A stretch of DNA of 64,000 nt. It comes from an uncultured Nitrososphaeraceae archaeon. Lineage in GTDB: Archaea; Thermoproteota; Nitrososphaeria; Nitrososphaerales; Nitrososphaeraceae. This document shows, piece by piece, positions 43,138 through 53,604 of this stretch. The notes under the pieces are model-generated. The model ran no database searches and was not told the origin of the DNA. It was given only the letters and a program-made list of their open reading frames with translations. The DNA lies in assembly GCA_963779615.1 (NCBI GenBank), contig CAVZZA010000001.1, positions 608,001-672,000 on the forward strand. The letters are read 5' to 3'. Made by a program: the position numbers and the translations under genes. Every line of letters begins with the position of its first letter. Position 1 is the first letter of the stretch.

Positions 43138-44130
43138 TTAATCCATATGGCCTGATCCCATAATTCTCATAGTTTTGGAATCGGGGCTAAATACTATACA
43201 CAGGTCATTCTTGATGTATGCTATTGGTTTTTCCAATGCGATACTAATCTTGGAGCCTCCAATTTCTTTTAATCTTACGGTGCGGATCTGTAAACCTACA
43301 CTTATCATATAGTTTTGGGTTTCAACAATGCCCTCCTTAAAATAAGGATTTTTTTTAAATTCAATTTGAAAACTATCGCTGATAATTTTGGATAGGCCAG
43401 GCGATGTGATGATGTCTCCTCTAGAAACATCCTTAGCTGAAACGCCTTTAATGGCCAGTCCTACACGAGATGACTTTATTGAGTGGTCTACAGGATCATC
43501 ATGCATCTGGATGGATTTTATAACTATGGGTTTATTCAAAGGATTTATCTCCAACTCATCATATGTTTTGATTTCTCCTTGTTTAATGCAACCTAAAACG
43601 ACAGTGCCAACGCCCTTAACGTCAAAAACATGGTCTATCGGGATATAAACAGAATTATTGGCAGCTGCAACTGTGGTTTGTTGTTCGTTTTCTTTGTCTT
43701 CGGATGGCTTTAATTCGGACAGACGGGTTTTAAGCTGTTCTACATCATCCAAAATCTGGAAAGACGATAGACTTGTCTTTTTTATTATGTTTTTAACCTT
43801 TTCTATGTCAATTTCATAACCGTATAAGATGAACCCTTTTTTTATGTTGAAAATGTCCAGTGCAAGTATTTGCTCTCCCAAAAAAGAGTCGAGGTGGGAA
43901 ATGTTTAAAATGGCATAATCTGACACAGCAATTGATTGAAGAAGAGGCTGCAGTTTGTCAGGATAAGTGTTGGGAAAGCAATAAGAAAAGATTTGATCAT
44001 TGGTCTTCCTGTCATGGATGGTTATGTCAGTTGATGTCCCCTTTTTGCCCAAATTGCTTGCAATGGATGCATCCCCCAATATTACAAAATTCAAACTATT
44101 CAAAATTTTGAAAAAGATAGTCACCATCAA
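43138..44130 (-). CDS. Archaeal SelB-like / EF-Tu domain-2 translation factor homologue
   Basis: GKKGTSTDIT, IDHVFDVKGVGTVVLG, KSIQMHD, RVGLAIKG; degenerate G domain. Confidence 0.85.
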   Translation of the reverse strand: MMVTIFFKILNSLNFVILGDASIASNLGKKGTSTDITIHDRKTNDQIFSYCFPNTYPDKLQPLLQSIAVSDYAILNISHLDSFLGEQILALDIFNIKKGFILYGYEIDIEKVKNIIKKTSLSSFQILDDVEQLKTRLSELKPSEDKENEQQTTVAAANNSVYIPIDHVFDVKGVGTVVLGCIKQGEIKTYDELEINPLNKPIVIKSIQMHDDPVDHSIKSSRVGLAIKGVSAKDVSRGDIITSPGLSKIISDSFQIEFKKNPYFKEGIVETQNYMISVGLQIRTVRLKEIGGSKISIALEKPIAYIKNDLCIVFSPDSKTMRIMGSGHMD

Positions 44131-44350
44131 ATAAAACCTTTACTTTTGGCATCTGCAAAACATGTCAAGTACCCGTCTAAAAAATACTTTGGTCTGGAAG
44201 GAATAGGTTATTTCATGTGAAAAAGACATGCTTTATGCCTGGAATTATCAAGCCTAAAAAGGCTTAAAGAATAATGAATGGTAAGCTTTTTAATGCATTG
44301 CTATTTATAGGGTATAAACAAAACAAGTGTACCTGAGCTGAAAAAATTAA

Positions 44351-45793
44351 TTGAGTACTTTTGAAGAACTTGGTATTGAAAAGTTTATAGTTAAAGCATT
44401 AAAGGAAAACGGGATTGAACAACCGTTTCCGATACAAGAGTCAATAATTCCTCTTATTTTGAAAGGGGAAGACGTTATTGGTAGATCAAATACAGGAACT
44501 GGTAAAACAGCAGCTTTTGTGGCGCCGCTTTTAAGTAAAATTAATCCTCAAAATCATTTACAAGGATTGATTTTGGCCCCAACAAGAGAATTGGCTATAC
44601 AAATTACCGATACGATCAACCAATTTGTTAAATATAGTTCTATAAGGGCCACCTCCATTTATGGTGGTCAAAATTTTCAAGTCCAAAAGAAAATACTGAG
44701 CAGAGGAGTCAACATTGTGGTTGCAACTCCAGGAAGACTATTAGATCATATAAGTCATGGAACGATTTCGCTAAATAAAATTAATTTCGTTGTTCTGGAT
44801 GAAGCAGATAGAATGTTGGATATGGGTTTTATAGAGGATATCAAAGATATTCTTTCCTATATCAGTAATGATAAGCAAATTTGCCTTTTTTCCGCAACTA
44901 TGCCTGATTCCATAATACAGTTAGCCAAAGAATACATGAAGAATCCAAAACAAATCAACATTGAAAAGACTATCTCCCAGACAAACATCAATCAGTCATA
45001 TTTACTTCTTTATGATAAAGATAAATACAAACAACTGGTTAATACTTTAAAACCCATTTCACAAAACAAAGATACCCATGTTATTGTTTTTGCGGCAACA
45101 AAGCAGCGAACAAGGGATCTTGCATTCAAGTTAAGAAATGAAAACTTTTTTGTAGATAGCATTCATGGAGATTTAAATCAAAGACAACGAGAAAATACGC
45201 TAGCGAGGTTTAGAAATAAAAAATTCAACATATTGATAGCAACGGACGTTGCCTCAAGGGGATTGGATATAACGACTGTTAGTCATATCATTAACTATGA
45301 CCTGCCAGATGATGTTGAAACATATTTCCATAGGATAGGCAGAACTGCAAGAGCGGGCGCCCAAGGCACATCTCTTTCATTCGTATCTCAAAATGATATG
45401 TTTACATTAAGAAAAATCCAAAACATCACACAAAATTCACTGAAAAACCTTAATACAGAACTTGGAATAGAGGTCGACTTTAAAGATAGCATTGGTAGCG
45501 GTCCAAGAAATAATCGTTATAGATCAAGCTACCAAAAAAGAGATTACGGCCGAAATAGGTTTTCAGGAGGCGGAGGATACAGATCAAGAGGCAGTGACAG
45601 CAGATACGGCGGCGGCGGCAGTGACAGCAGATACGGCGGCGGCGGCAGTGACAGCAGATACGGCGGCGGCGGCAGTGACAGCAGATACGGCGGCGGCGGC
45701 AGTGACAGCAGGTATAATTCAAGATTAAACGGGATAACCAAACCACTGGGCAGAAGAAATAGCTACAACAAGGAATTTAGTGAGGATTATTAA
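44351..45793 (+). CDS. DEAD-box RNA helicase
   Basis: TGTGKT, PTRELA, TPGR, DEAD, SAT, HRIGRTAR; Gly/Arg-rich tail. Confidence 0.95.
   Translation: MSTFEELGIEKFIVKALKENGIEQPFPIQESIIPLILKGEDVIGRSNTGTGKTAAFVAPLLSKINPQNHLQGLILAPTRELAIQITDTINQFVKYSSIRATSIYGGQNFQVQKKILSRGVNIVVATPGRLLDHISHGTISLNKINFVVLDEADRMLDMGFIEDIKDILSYISNDKQICLFSATMPDSIIQLAKEYMKNPKQINIEKTISQTNINQSYLLLYDKDKYKQLVNTLKPISQNKDTHVIVFAATKQRTRDLAFKLRNENFFVDSIHGDLNQRQRENTLARFRNKKFNILIATDVASRGLDITTVSHIINYDLPDDVETYFHRIGRTARAGAQGTSLSFVSQNDMFTLRKIQNITQNSLKNLNTELGIEVDFKDSIGSGPRNNRYRSSYQKRDYGRNRFSGGGGYRSRGSDSRYGGGGSDSRYGGGGSDSRYGGGGSDSRYGGGGSDSRYNSRLNGITKPLGRRNSYNKEFSEDY
45590..45715 (+). repeat. 27-bp coding tandem repeat (GSDSRYGGG, about 4.7 units)
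   Basis: GGCAGTGACAGCAGATACGGCGGCGGC repeated perfectly. Confidence 0.95.
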
Positions 45794-46117
45794 AAAAAGG
45801 TCTCTATAACAACATAAACAAAAAACAAAACACAACGACAAATTTCTATTTTTTTAATAATTTGCTTTATTTTAATTTAATTATGCAGTCAATTTATTTG
45901 ACTATGCTCAAACAAAATACCTATAAAATCAACAATGATGAAAAACCATCTGTTTGGATGATCATAACCATTCACTGGTAATATGGTGTATTGGTGTTTA
46001 ACCTGCGAATAAGTAGGCAACATCCAACTTAGATTATTTAAAACTGGTAGTCATCTGTTACAGGTGTAATAAAAAGTTTAAAAAAAGTATTAAAATTAGT
46101 GGATTTTAAAAAAGAGA

Positions 46118-46774
46118 TTAAGCGTGTTCGTGTTCTTCTTCTCCCTCAGGTAGTGGGGCTATTTTATCAACTCCAATAACAACAGTGCTGGTTGGTGGAA
46201 AGGTTATGTCGTTTGTAGAGTTGTTCTGTATTGCTATATCAGTAATAGTATTTGTGGAATTGGACATTAAATCAACGTGATACAAGCATTGATTACCTGG
46301 AGTTGAGAGTTCAGATATCAGCTCTGGGTCAGCTACGCTAAAATCAGGGGCTTGTCCTATCAAAATGTTGGCGTTGGCTACACTATCAGAATTGCAGGGT
46401 AACTTTGCAGCAACATGGCCAGTCACTATTTTATACGGTGTTGTATCATATAGATGAATGAAATCGCCTTTCGGCAATTGATGACCTTCTAACAATACAG
46501 TTGCAGAGTCTCTCACAACCTGACCATCGGTTGAATTTTGAGCATCAAGGTGTGATGTTGTGTTTTCGCCCATCGGTGTAGTAGTGTTTGAACTGCTGGC
46601 ATCCTGTAGTGGGGATGCTGCTGCTGTTGAAGACTGTTGTGCGTAAATGCTTCCATTTATTGTGAATACACTGGAAACGAGTACAAAAGCTATAAAAATT
46701 GAAAACTTTACACTAGTGGATTTTTCCATTTCAATATACAATGAAAATCTGGGGTTATGTAGTTTTTTGTACAA
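46118..46774 (-). CDS. Secreted His/Cys protein, LYD-GH-PC-CxYH family
   Basis: RDSATVLLE, FIHLYDTTP, GHVAAKLPC, CLYHVDL, ITDIAI; C-terminal EEEHEHA. Confidence 0.8.
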   Translation of the reverse strand: MYKKLHNPRFSLYIEMEKSTSVKFSIFIAFVLVSSVFTINGSIYAQQSSTAAASPLQDASSSNTTTPMGENTTSHLDAQNSTDGQVVRDSATVLLEGHQLPKGDFIHLYDTTPYKIVTGHVAAKLPCNSDSVANANILIGQAPDFSVADPELISELSTPGNQCLYHVDLMSNSTNTITDIAIQNNSTNDITFPPTSTVVIGVDKIAPLPEGEEEHEHA

Positions 46775-47467
46775 CTATCGAACTCCGTATTTCTGTACTT
46801 TATTTTTTCTATGGTTTTTGAAAACAACAATAGAAATCAATACGGCAACCGGAACGTATACGTAATAATAATTTATGAAAAGAGTTTTCAGAATGTTGTA
46901 AAATTGCTCGGTTGCAGGAACATCCACATTGAGCTCGAATATGAAATTAAGAAGGGATTGTGTATAGTAAATGTCCTTTAGCTTCACAAATAAGAGATAC
47001 TTTCCTTGATCTGGAAAAATGGATTTGAAGTTATAGTGGCCATTTCGGACCATGGCAAGACTTTGTGAAGGATTGTTGTTATTTTTGCCATCCTTTGCAA
47101 GAGATAGGTACACTGGGAGCTCCATTATTTCTTCACCAGTAGTTGAGGTAACACGTAAAAGAATGTCGGTAGTTTTGTTTAGCACTATTTTTGAAGGGTT
47201 TGTGGATAACTCCACTTTAAAATTCCCATTTGTTTGAGTTTGAATGCCACTCCCATTATTGCTGCCAAACAAGGAATGCCCATAAACATAAACAGAATTA
47301 TGGTTGACAGACAAACATACAACAACAATGACAATAAAAAATAATAAAAAAAGGAATGTTGAGCTCCATTTCAGAGAGCGTGATTCAACATTGCTTAATT
47401 TTGTTTTGGAGTTAAAAATTAGTGAATTCTTTAAGGTATTCTTTACATCAAAACAGGAATACAACAC
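46775..47467 (-). CDS. Membrane-anchored beta-sandwich protein with possible N-terminal His
   Basis: VYVYG|HSLF; NGHYNFKSIFPDQGKY; C-terminal TM helix and basic tail. Confidence 0.7.
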   Translation of the reverse strand: MLYSCFDVKNTLKNSLIFNSKTKLSNVESRSLKWSSTFLFLLFFIVIVVVCLSVNHNSVYVYGHSLFGSNNGSGIQTQTNGNFKVELSTNPSKIVLNKTTDILLRVTSTTGEEIMELPVYLSLAKDGKNNNNPSQSLAMVRNGHYNFKSIFPDQGKYLLFVKLKDIYYTQSLLNFIFELNVDVPATEQFYNILKTLFINYYYVYVPVAVLISIVVFKNHRKNKVQKYGVR

Positions 47468-47506
47468 ATTGAATAACCAAAATGATTAATATAAACTCAT
47501 TAAAAG

Positions 47507-48316
47507 TTATTTTAAATTGAATAATTTCATGAGGCTCGGGTGGATGTTCATATGCAACAATACCATGATTTTGTTATAGTTTTCGGTATTTTTTATGTAG
47601 TTTTCATAAATATCAAGACTTTTTTGCAGCTCTATAAAAAGATTTACCTTTGTGGCGTCATTTTGAAACTGGTTTACATCCATCTGATTCCATAGCTGAT
47701 TGGATTTGTTTGCGACTCCAATAGCGTTTTGATAATAAACATAATTTTTTACAGATACGACGTTTCCGTTTGAATCCTTGTTAATTCCAAGTTCATAAAA
47801 CCTCAATGACGAGTCAAGAAGATTTTTTATTGTCAAAGCGTCAACGGTGTTGTTATTGTCTATTTGATTGTCAATAAATAACTTTTTACAGTTATCCAAT
47901 AAAGAATCAATGTTATCTGTTTCTGCCTTGATTTCATCAACAGAGACAGAATCTTTGCTCTTATCATTACTGCCTGAAACTAGTTTATTCAGACTATTAA
48001 AAGATTTTGTCAAATCGCCATTATCACGGGACTCTTCAGGATAAAGCTGGTTTGCAATACGGGATATGTAACCTTGGTTTAGAACATTATCAACGTGAAG
48101 TTTGGATAAGGTAAAGTTGGAGTCAGCATTGATTTTTATTAAATTTAGTTCCGCCTTGTATTCTTCCATAGTGCCCAATAGTGAAGCAGTACCGTCATCA
48201 GAAAATGTATGAGCGCAAACTATGTTGTTTAGTTGAGAAGTGATGTAAACAACAGTGGGAATAAACACAATAATGAAAAACAGAACTATGATTTCTTTTT
48301 TTTTGGTCATGTTCAC
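47507..48316 (-). CDS. Secreted helical protein with predicted N-terminal His and C-terminal HxxxH (paralogue C)
   Basis: IVCA|HTF; YYQNAIGVA; MVLLHMNIHPSLMKLFNLK. Confidence 0.78.
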   Translation of the reverse strand: MNMTKKKEIIVLFFIIVFIPTVVYITSQLNNIVCAHTFSDDGTASLLGTMEEYKAELNLIKINADSNFTLSKLHVDNVLNQGYISRIANQLYPEESRDNGDLTKSFNSLNKLVSGSNDKSKDSVSVDEIKAETDNIDSLLDNCKKLFIDNQIDNNNTVDALTIKNLLDSSLRFYELGINKDSNGNVVSVKNYVYYQNAIGVANKSNQLWNQMDVNQFQNDATKVNLFIELQKSLDIYENYIKNTENYNKIMVLLHMNIHPSLMKLFNLK

Positions 48317-48474
48317 AGTCTTTATTGGGGTATAAATTATTTTAATATTCTAGGACAACCATAAAAATAGAGTTAAAGGTGTAGATTCAAGAGAAATAGG
48401 GATAAAGCATTTTTTCCTAACAACGTCATAAAAAAAGAATAATACCTCCGATATTAGTTTGATAGGTTACACAA

Positions 48475-48987
48475 TTGACAAATAAACCAGAAACACAAAA
48501 TAACAAAACGGGAAAAACAGTGAGAGAATCAGAGGCTGAAACCACCCTGGTGATGTTACCTTCAGATGCCAATCCCTTAGGAAATGTTTTTGGAGGGATA
48601 ATCTTAAAACATGTGGACCTGACTGCAGGCTTGGTGGCAAAAAGACACGCAGGTCATGCAAATATTGTTACTGCTAGCATGGATAGCATGACCTTTTTAA
48701 AACCAGTTTATATTGGAAATGCATTGATATTGAAAGCAAGAATTAATTATGTAAAAAGAAGTTCCATGGAGGTGCAGGTAGATATTGAAGCAGAAGATCT
48801 CAATAAATCTCAAAAAGTACACACAGGCACTGCATACGTAACATTGGTGGCGTTAGATGAAAAAGGAAAACCTGTTGAGGTTCCAAAGTTAGATTTACAA
48901 AACAAGGAAGAACAAGATAGATATTTTGATGGGGAAAATAGAATGGAATTAAGATTGAGAAACAGGAAAAAGAAAAAAATTGATTAA
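48475..48987 (+). CDS. Acyl-CoA thioesterase (hotdog fold)
   Basis: DANPLGNVFGG..LK.VD, VTASMDSMTFLKPV. Confidence 0.92.
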   Translation: MTNKPETQNNKTGKTVRESEAETTLVMLPSDANPLGNVFGGIILKHVDLTAGLVAKRHAGHANIVTASMDSMTFLKPVYIGNALILKARINYVKRSSMEVQVDIEAEDLNKSQKVHTGTAYVTLVALDEKGKPVEVPKLDLQNKEEQDRYFDGENRMELRLRNRKKKKID

Positions 48988-50039
48988 AAGATTTTGTTTT
49001 CATCCATAGGATAAAGGTAAACATTGGTTTTTTCATCACCTATGGGGATAGAGTCCAACAAAATAGAATGCTCAATTTCTGAATTATCAAGGCCACTGCC
49101 CTTTTTGCCTAAAATGCAATTACTGTTAATGGTGTAATCTAGCGTTAGAGAATTAAATGGCTCCAAAGTTACGCGCTCTTCCCCCAATATCCCATAATCT
49201 CTTATTGAATTTGACATTATTCTTCCACCATCATTTAACAGGAGTTTGACCTCGAATTTCTTTCTTAAAGTTTCTAATCCTGCTTTAATATCGAAAGTTT
49301 CACCTGTGATAACATATGAAATTAAATGAGACTCTTGTACAAGTTTTGAAAGAAAGTTGTAGATTGGAAGTGTTGTGACAATGACAACTTTTAAATTGTT
49401 CTTGGGATTTAGCATCGCAATTTCGCCATTTTTATACAGTTCAATGAAATCTGAACTGGTAATGCTTCTAAAGGACCTGATAGATACAACAAAATGAAAT
49501 TTACTCTCATCTACAAATTTCTTTGATAAATTCAACAGTTCGTTATAGACGTGTGGGTGGTTATCGTTGCTGCCTACAAGGTGTTTTCCAAAGAACTCCC
49601 AAGACCATATTTGGGCATGATTTTCCATCATGTTGTTTATTGTTACCATGATGGCACGATTTCCAACCAGAATGCGATGCAAAGATGCAAAGATGTTGTC
49701 ACCCACTTTTCTGCTTCCTCCAGTGAGCAATTGAATACCGCCGCCTTGTTTCCCGATTACTTTGTAAGCATATGTCCCGCTATTTTGACTATATGCTTCT
49801 CCAGCAATAAAACTTGTGGCTTGATAGGGAACACTCATTTTATCGACATATTCATTTGATGCTCCGATTAAAACATAGGGAAGAATTTTGGATAAATGAT
49901 GACAGCCCAGATCCTTGTCTGTATCAAACAGTTGGACTCCTCTTTTTTTAAAATGGTCGTGTTTTTCTTGGTTTAGGGCTTTTGTTTCAAAAAGAAGATC
50001 TAACTTTTTATGATAGTTTTCAGTAAATTCTTTTAGCAA
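48984..50039 (-). CDS. Hypothetical protein, possibly RibD/pyrimidine-reductase-like fold
   Basis: LETLRKKFEVKLLLNDGG resembles the RibD-C l..l...gv..llvEGG segment. Confidence 0.55.
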   Translation of the reverse strand: MLKEFTENYHKKLDLLFETKALNQEKHDHFKKRGVQLFDTDKDLGCHHLSKILPYVLIGASNEYVDKMSVPYQATSFIAGEAYSQNSGTYAYKVIGKQGGGIQLLTGGSRKVGDNIFASLHRILVGNRAIMVTINNMMENHAQIWSWEFFGKHLVGSNDNHPHVYNELLNLSKKFVDESKFHFVVSIRSFRSITSSDFIELYKNGEIAMLNPKNNLKVVIVTTLPIYNFLSKLVQESHLISYVITGETFDIKAGLETLRKKFEVKLLLNDGGRIMSNSIRDYGILGEERVTLEPFNSLTLDYTINSNCILGKKGSGLDNSEIEHSILLDSIPIGDEKTNVYLYPMDENKIF

Positions 50040-51075
50040 TTAAAAAACTCTTACCATAAAAAACAACGTGTTTAATAATTGGAGAAGCAGCAGATGGTTT
50101 CCACCGTTTACCTGGTCTTTTGTTATGTTGTTGCTACAAAAGCCGATACCAATATTTTCAGAAAGATGTTGTGAACCTTGGCCTGGAAATGATTTCAATT
50201 GGTTTGATCTTTGGTTACTAGTGGTAGTAGCGGGTGGAGGAGTGTGATTAGGAGAAGAATGATTGTTGCCATCGACTTTGTGTTTGCCACTACTATTATT
50301 ACCGCCGCCTTGTTGAAATACTGTATTGCCTCCGTTAAATAAAATTGATGGTGGTGGTGTTTTTAGTTCTATATTTGCGACAGTTAAACAGCCATTCATG
50401 ATAGCGATTTAATGTAAAACTGGGGTATTTATACTGAGCAGGTGAAGGGTTAAGGATTTGTATGGTGCTTGGACCCCTTGCGTAATTAGTACCATTAAAA
50501 CATTTCAAAAATTGCAGCGTATGGATCACAATACTCTTTCAAATAAATTTTGTATGAAATGCAAATAAAACAGGGAAAATTATGGTGCTCGTCCAATTAT
50601 GCAGGATTCAATTTAGAGGGTCCGTAAAGTTATGGATCACTAAAAATCTTAATTGTTTGGGTGTGCATCTCCAAACAAATACGATGGATTATTTGTTTAG
50701 TTGAACTAAAATGGAAAAAAGGGCAACAATTCAATTATTTGCTTAAACTTTTTAATGTGTCCCAAGACAGGAAAAATGTCTTAACTTTGCAGCTCCAATT
50801 TGTGGACTGTAATTGTATAAAATATAATGTCAATACCTGTTTAACAGGATGCTAAAAACGGAGTATAATTATTTTGTTTTTCCATGTCTGTTTTAATAAT
50901 AACAGTTAAATTTTTTTACCTTTTTATTGTCGGGGAAAAACATAGAAGGTAAATTGATGGGAAAATCAGATAATGTATTTTTCCATTATAATCTAATTGA
51001 AGTTTTGAGAAAAAAACTATTATGTATTTATCAGAAACAATCTTCATAAACAATATAGAATAAAAAATCACAGTA

Positions 51076-51762
51076 ATGCATTTCAATAAAATAAGTATCA
51101 GTTTGATGTTTTTTGTTTTAATGGTTTTGACATGCGGCATTATTGTATCTTTGCCAACAAAGACAGCTAATGCTGATGAAGATTCCGCAGTCCATAACAA
51201 TAAAATTTCAAACCATGATACTTCAGATAAGCCGGATAAAGCTTCAGATGAAAATATTGAATGCATAGTGGATTTCACACAAAACTATTTTAATTCTCCT
51301 TCTTCTCCTTCCGATTCAAACATTTGCAACAAAGACAATTCCATTTCTAACGATGAGAGCGACAATGAGAGCGACAATGAGAGCGACAATGAGAGCGACA
51401 ATGAGAGCGACATGTATCAATCGAATCAAATTCAATTCCTACAGCAAGGCAGCCCACAGCAGCAAGGCAGCCCACAGCAGCAAGGCAGCCCACAGCAGCA
51501 AGGCAGCCCACAGCAGCAAGGCAGCCCACAGCAGCAAGGCAGCCCACAGCAGCAAGGCAGCCCACAGCAGCAAGGCAGCCCACAGCAGCAAGATTCAAAC
51601 ATAGGAATAGTGAAAATAGTGAACTATAACAAACCAGTCAGTAGTATCAGCAATTCCCCAATACCTTATTCATATGCTAGCCCTTCTCCATACTATAAAG
51701 CTCAGGATCCATCACCAACAACAAATACAGCGATAAAGTGCCCTAAAAACAATACCAGCTAA
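51076..51762 (+). CDS. Secreted low-complexity protein with DNES and QQQGSP repeats
   Basis: Signal peptide; 12-bp repeats at about 51352-51411 and 18-bp x8 repeats at 51442-51591. Confidence 0.7.
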   Translation: MHFNKISISLMFFVLMVLTCGIIVSLPTKTANADEDSAVHNNKISNHDTSDKPDKASDENIECIVDFTQNYFNSPSSPSDSNICNKDNSISNDESDNESDNESDNESDNESDMYQSNQIQFLQQGSPQQQGSPQQQGSPQQQGSPQQQGSPQQQGSPQQQGSPQQQGSPQQQDSNIGIVKIVNYNKPVSSISNSPIPYSYASPSPYYKAQDPSPTTNTAIKCPKNNTS

Positions 51763-52104
51763 GTTTGAGTGCTTTTTTTATTGGTTGTTGTAAAGAACTA
51801 ATGCTAAGACCATAGATTCCAGAAACATAACAGCATACACATAAAAAAAATATTGGTGATAAAACCGTTAGTGGAATGAGGAAGTATGAAACCTTCCAAT
51901 AAATTCAAAGAATTAGGATAAACTCAATCAAAATACCTGTCAAAAAAAGGTATTTGATTTGAAATTACAAGCAAATTATTACCTGTTTGAATCTGATTTG
52001 GATAAAAATAGCCCCAGTCCAGAGAGGAAACCTTAAAGGCAGCGGCTAATAATGGCCAAGGCATATGGTACAATAACTCTCATTTAGGGTATTAGGGTTT
52101 ATTC

Positions 52105-52241
52105 TGCTTTGTTGCATAACTCATTTTCGTATTTTTTAGACGTGTTAGTTTTATTTTTGTAAGAGGAATAATCGATATTCGTATTGTGCCGATATGTGCT
52201 CTCTTTTAATTTGACGAATTTCACAGTTATGCAACAAAGCA
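52105..52241. mobile_element. 137-bp MITE, second family (copy 2)
   Basis: Perfect 17-bp TIR TGCTTTGTTGCATAACT / AGTTATGCAACAAAGCA; 8-bp target duplication GTTTATTC. Confidence 0.92.
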
Positions 52242-52666
52242 GTTTATTCAATAAGAGTCGACATGATTTTGATTGTATCTGTATCTGTATTTCTCATGAA
52301 GGGACAAAGTAGTTGGCAAATAAGAACAATCGGCAGCAATACACTGTTGCTGATAGCTTGAGTATTCCATATGGCACTCGGATGCTTCAATGACTGGTAC
52401 AAAACCAAGAATTAAGACCAAAACAAAACATTTTGTGGGTTAGAAATGCTATCAAGGGATACGGCATATGCATCATGGAACATCATCAAATGGCCTGTAC
52501 ACATTTCAAAAAGGGCGAAAAAATAATAATCAGTTATGATCCGGAAAAAAGGGAATAATAATGCTGTGAATAAGATAAAAACTTTTTAATAATTTTTAAT
52601 ATAAATTAGTAATGGATAAAATGATCAAATCGTTTAATGACAATTTAATATACAACAAAACATTAA

Positions 52667-53581
52667 TTGCCTGAGATTATCACGTCATCCTTTTTAAAAT
52701 GGGCAGGAGGAAAAAAAAGATTGGTTGTCATTCTCGATAAACTTACCCCAAAATACATAGAAAGATACTTTGAGCCCTTTTTGGGAAGCGGGGCTTTTTT
52801 CTTTTATTTGGTTCAGACAAAGAAGAAATTTAAAGCCACCCTGTCTGATTCTAATTTTGAGTTAATTAACACATACAAGGAATTAAGAGACCACACAAAC
52901 GATCTAATAGAGATCTTGTGTGGACATCAGGCAAATTATTATAAAAATAGAGAAAAATATTATTATTTTATTAGGGATGAATATGTTACAAAACACAGCA
53001 CCGAATTAGCTGGGAGGTTTATTTTTTTAAATAAATCTTGCTATAATGGGTTATACAGGGTCAACAGGCTAGGCAGTTTTAATGTTCCCCATGGAAGGTA
53101 TATAAACCCAACGATCTGTAATAAAGAAAAACTAGTTGAGTGTTCAGAGCTATTACGCGTGAATGATGTGGAGATATTGTGCGATGTTTATGGGAATGTA
53201 ACATCAAAATGTGAAAACAACGATTTTATCTACTTTGATCCCCCGTATTTCCCTATATCCAAAACCTCAAATTTTGCAGATTACACCAAGGAAAGTTTTG
53301 GGATATTGGAGCATAATGAATTGGCTAAAGAATTTGAAAGACTAAATGAAGTGGGATCCAAGGTAGTTTTATCCAACTCCAATTCAGACTATGTAAAAAC
53401 ACTATACAGAAAGTTTGATGTAATGAAGATAAAGTCCACTCGAAATATCAATTGCGACCCAGACAAAAGGAAGGATCATTATGACTTGATAATTCTCAAC
53501 TACGATAAAAAAATAAAAGACAAAAAACTAGTGTCAGAAATCAACAACAGTTCAAAGGCAAGCAGTAGTATCAAGGGTTAA
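52667..53581 (+). CDS. Dam-like (D12 class) DNA adenine methyltransferase, no adjacent endonuclease
   Basis: LKWAGGK, YFEPFLGSGA, YNGLYRVN..G.FNVP, DPPY. Confidence 0.92.
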   Translation: MPEIITSSFLKWAGGKKRLVVILDKLTPKYIERYFEPFLGSGAFFFYLVQTKKKFKATLSDSNFELINTYKELRDHTNDLIEILCGHQANYYKNREKYYYFIRDEYVTKHSTELAGRFIFLNKSCYNGLYRVNRLGSFNVPHGRYINPTICNKEKLVECSELLRVNDVEILCDVYGNVTSKCENNDFIYFDPPYFPISKTSNFADYTKESFGILEHNELAKEFERLNEVGSKVVLSNSNSDYVKTLYRKFDVMKIKSTRNINCDPDKRKDHYDLIILNYDKKIKDKKLVSEINNSSKASSSIKG

Positions 53582-53604
53582 TTATTTGCAAAGGTTTTCT
53601 AAAA

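Noticed and set aside
43138-44130. Selenocysteine incorporation system
   Set aside because: Short SelB-like protein lacking an intact G domain; no tRNA-Sec or selenoprotein evidence in the window.
45480-45746. Repetitive Cys/Arg- or Ala-rich ORFs over the DEAD-box tail (likewise 51347-51604)
   Set aside because: Alternative-frame or antisense shadows of in-frame coding repeats.
52667-53581. Restriction-modification system
   Set aside because: No endonuclease gene adjacent; it looks like an orphan methyltransferase.
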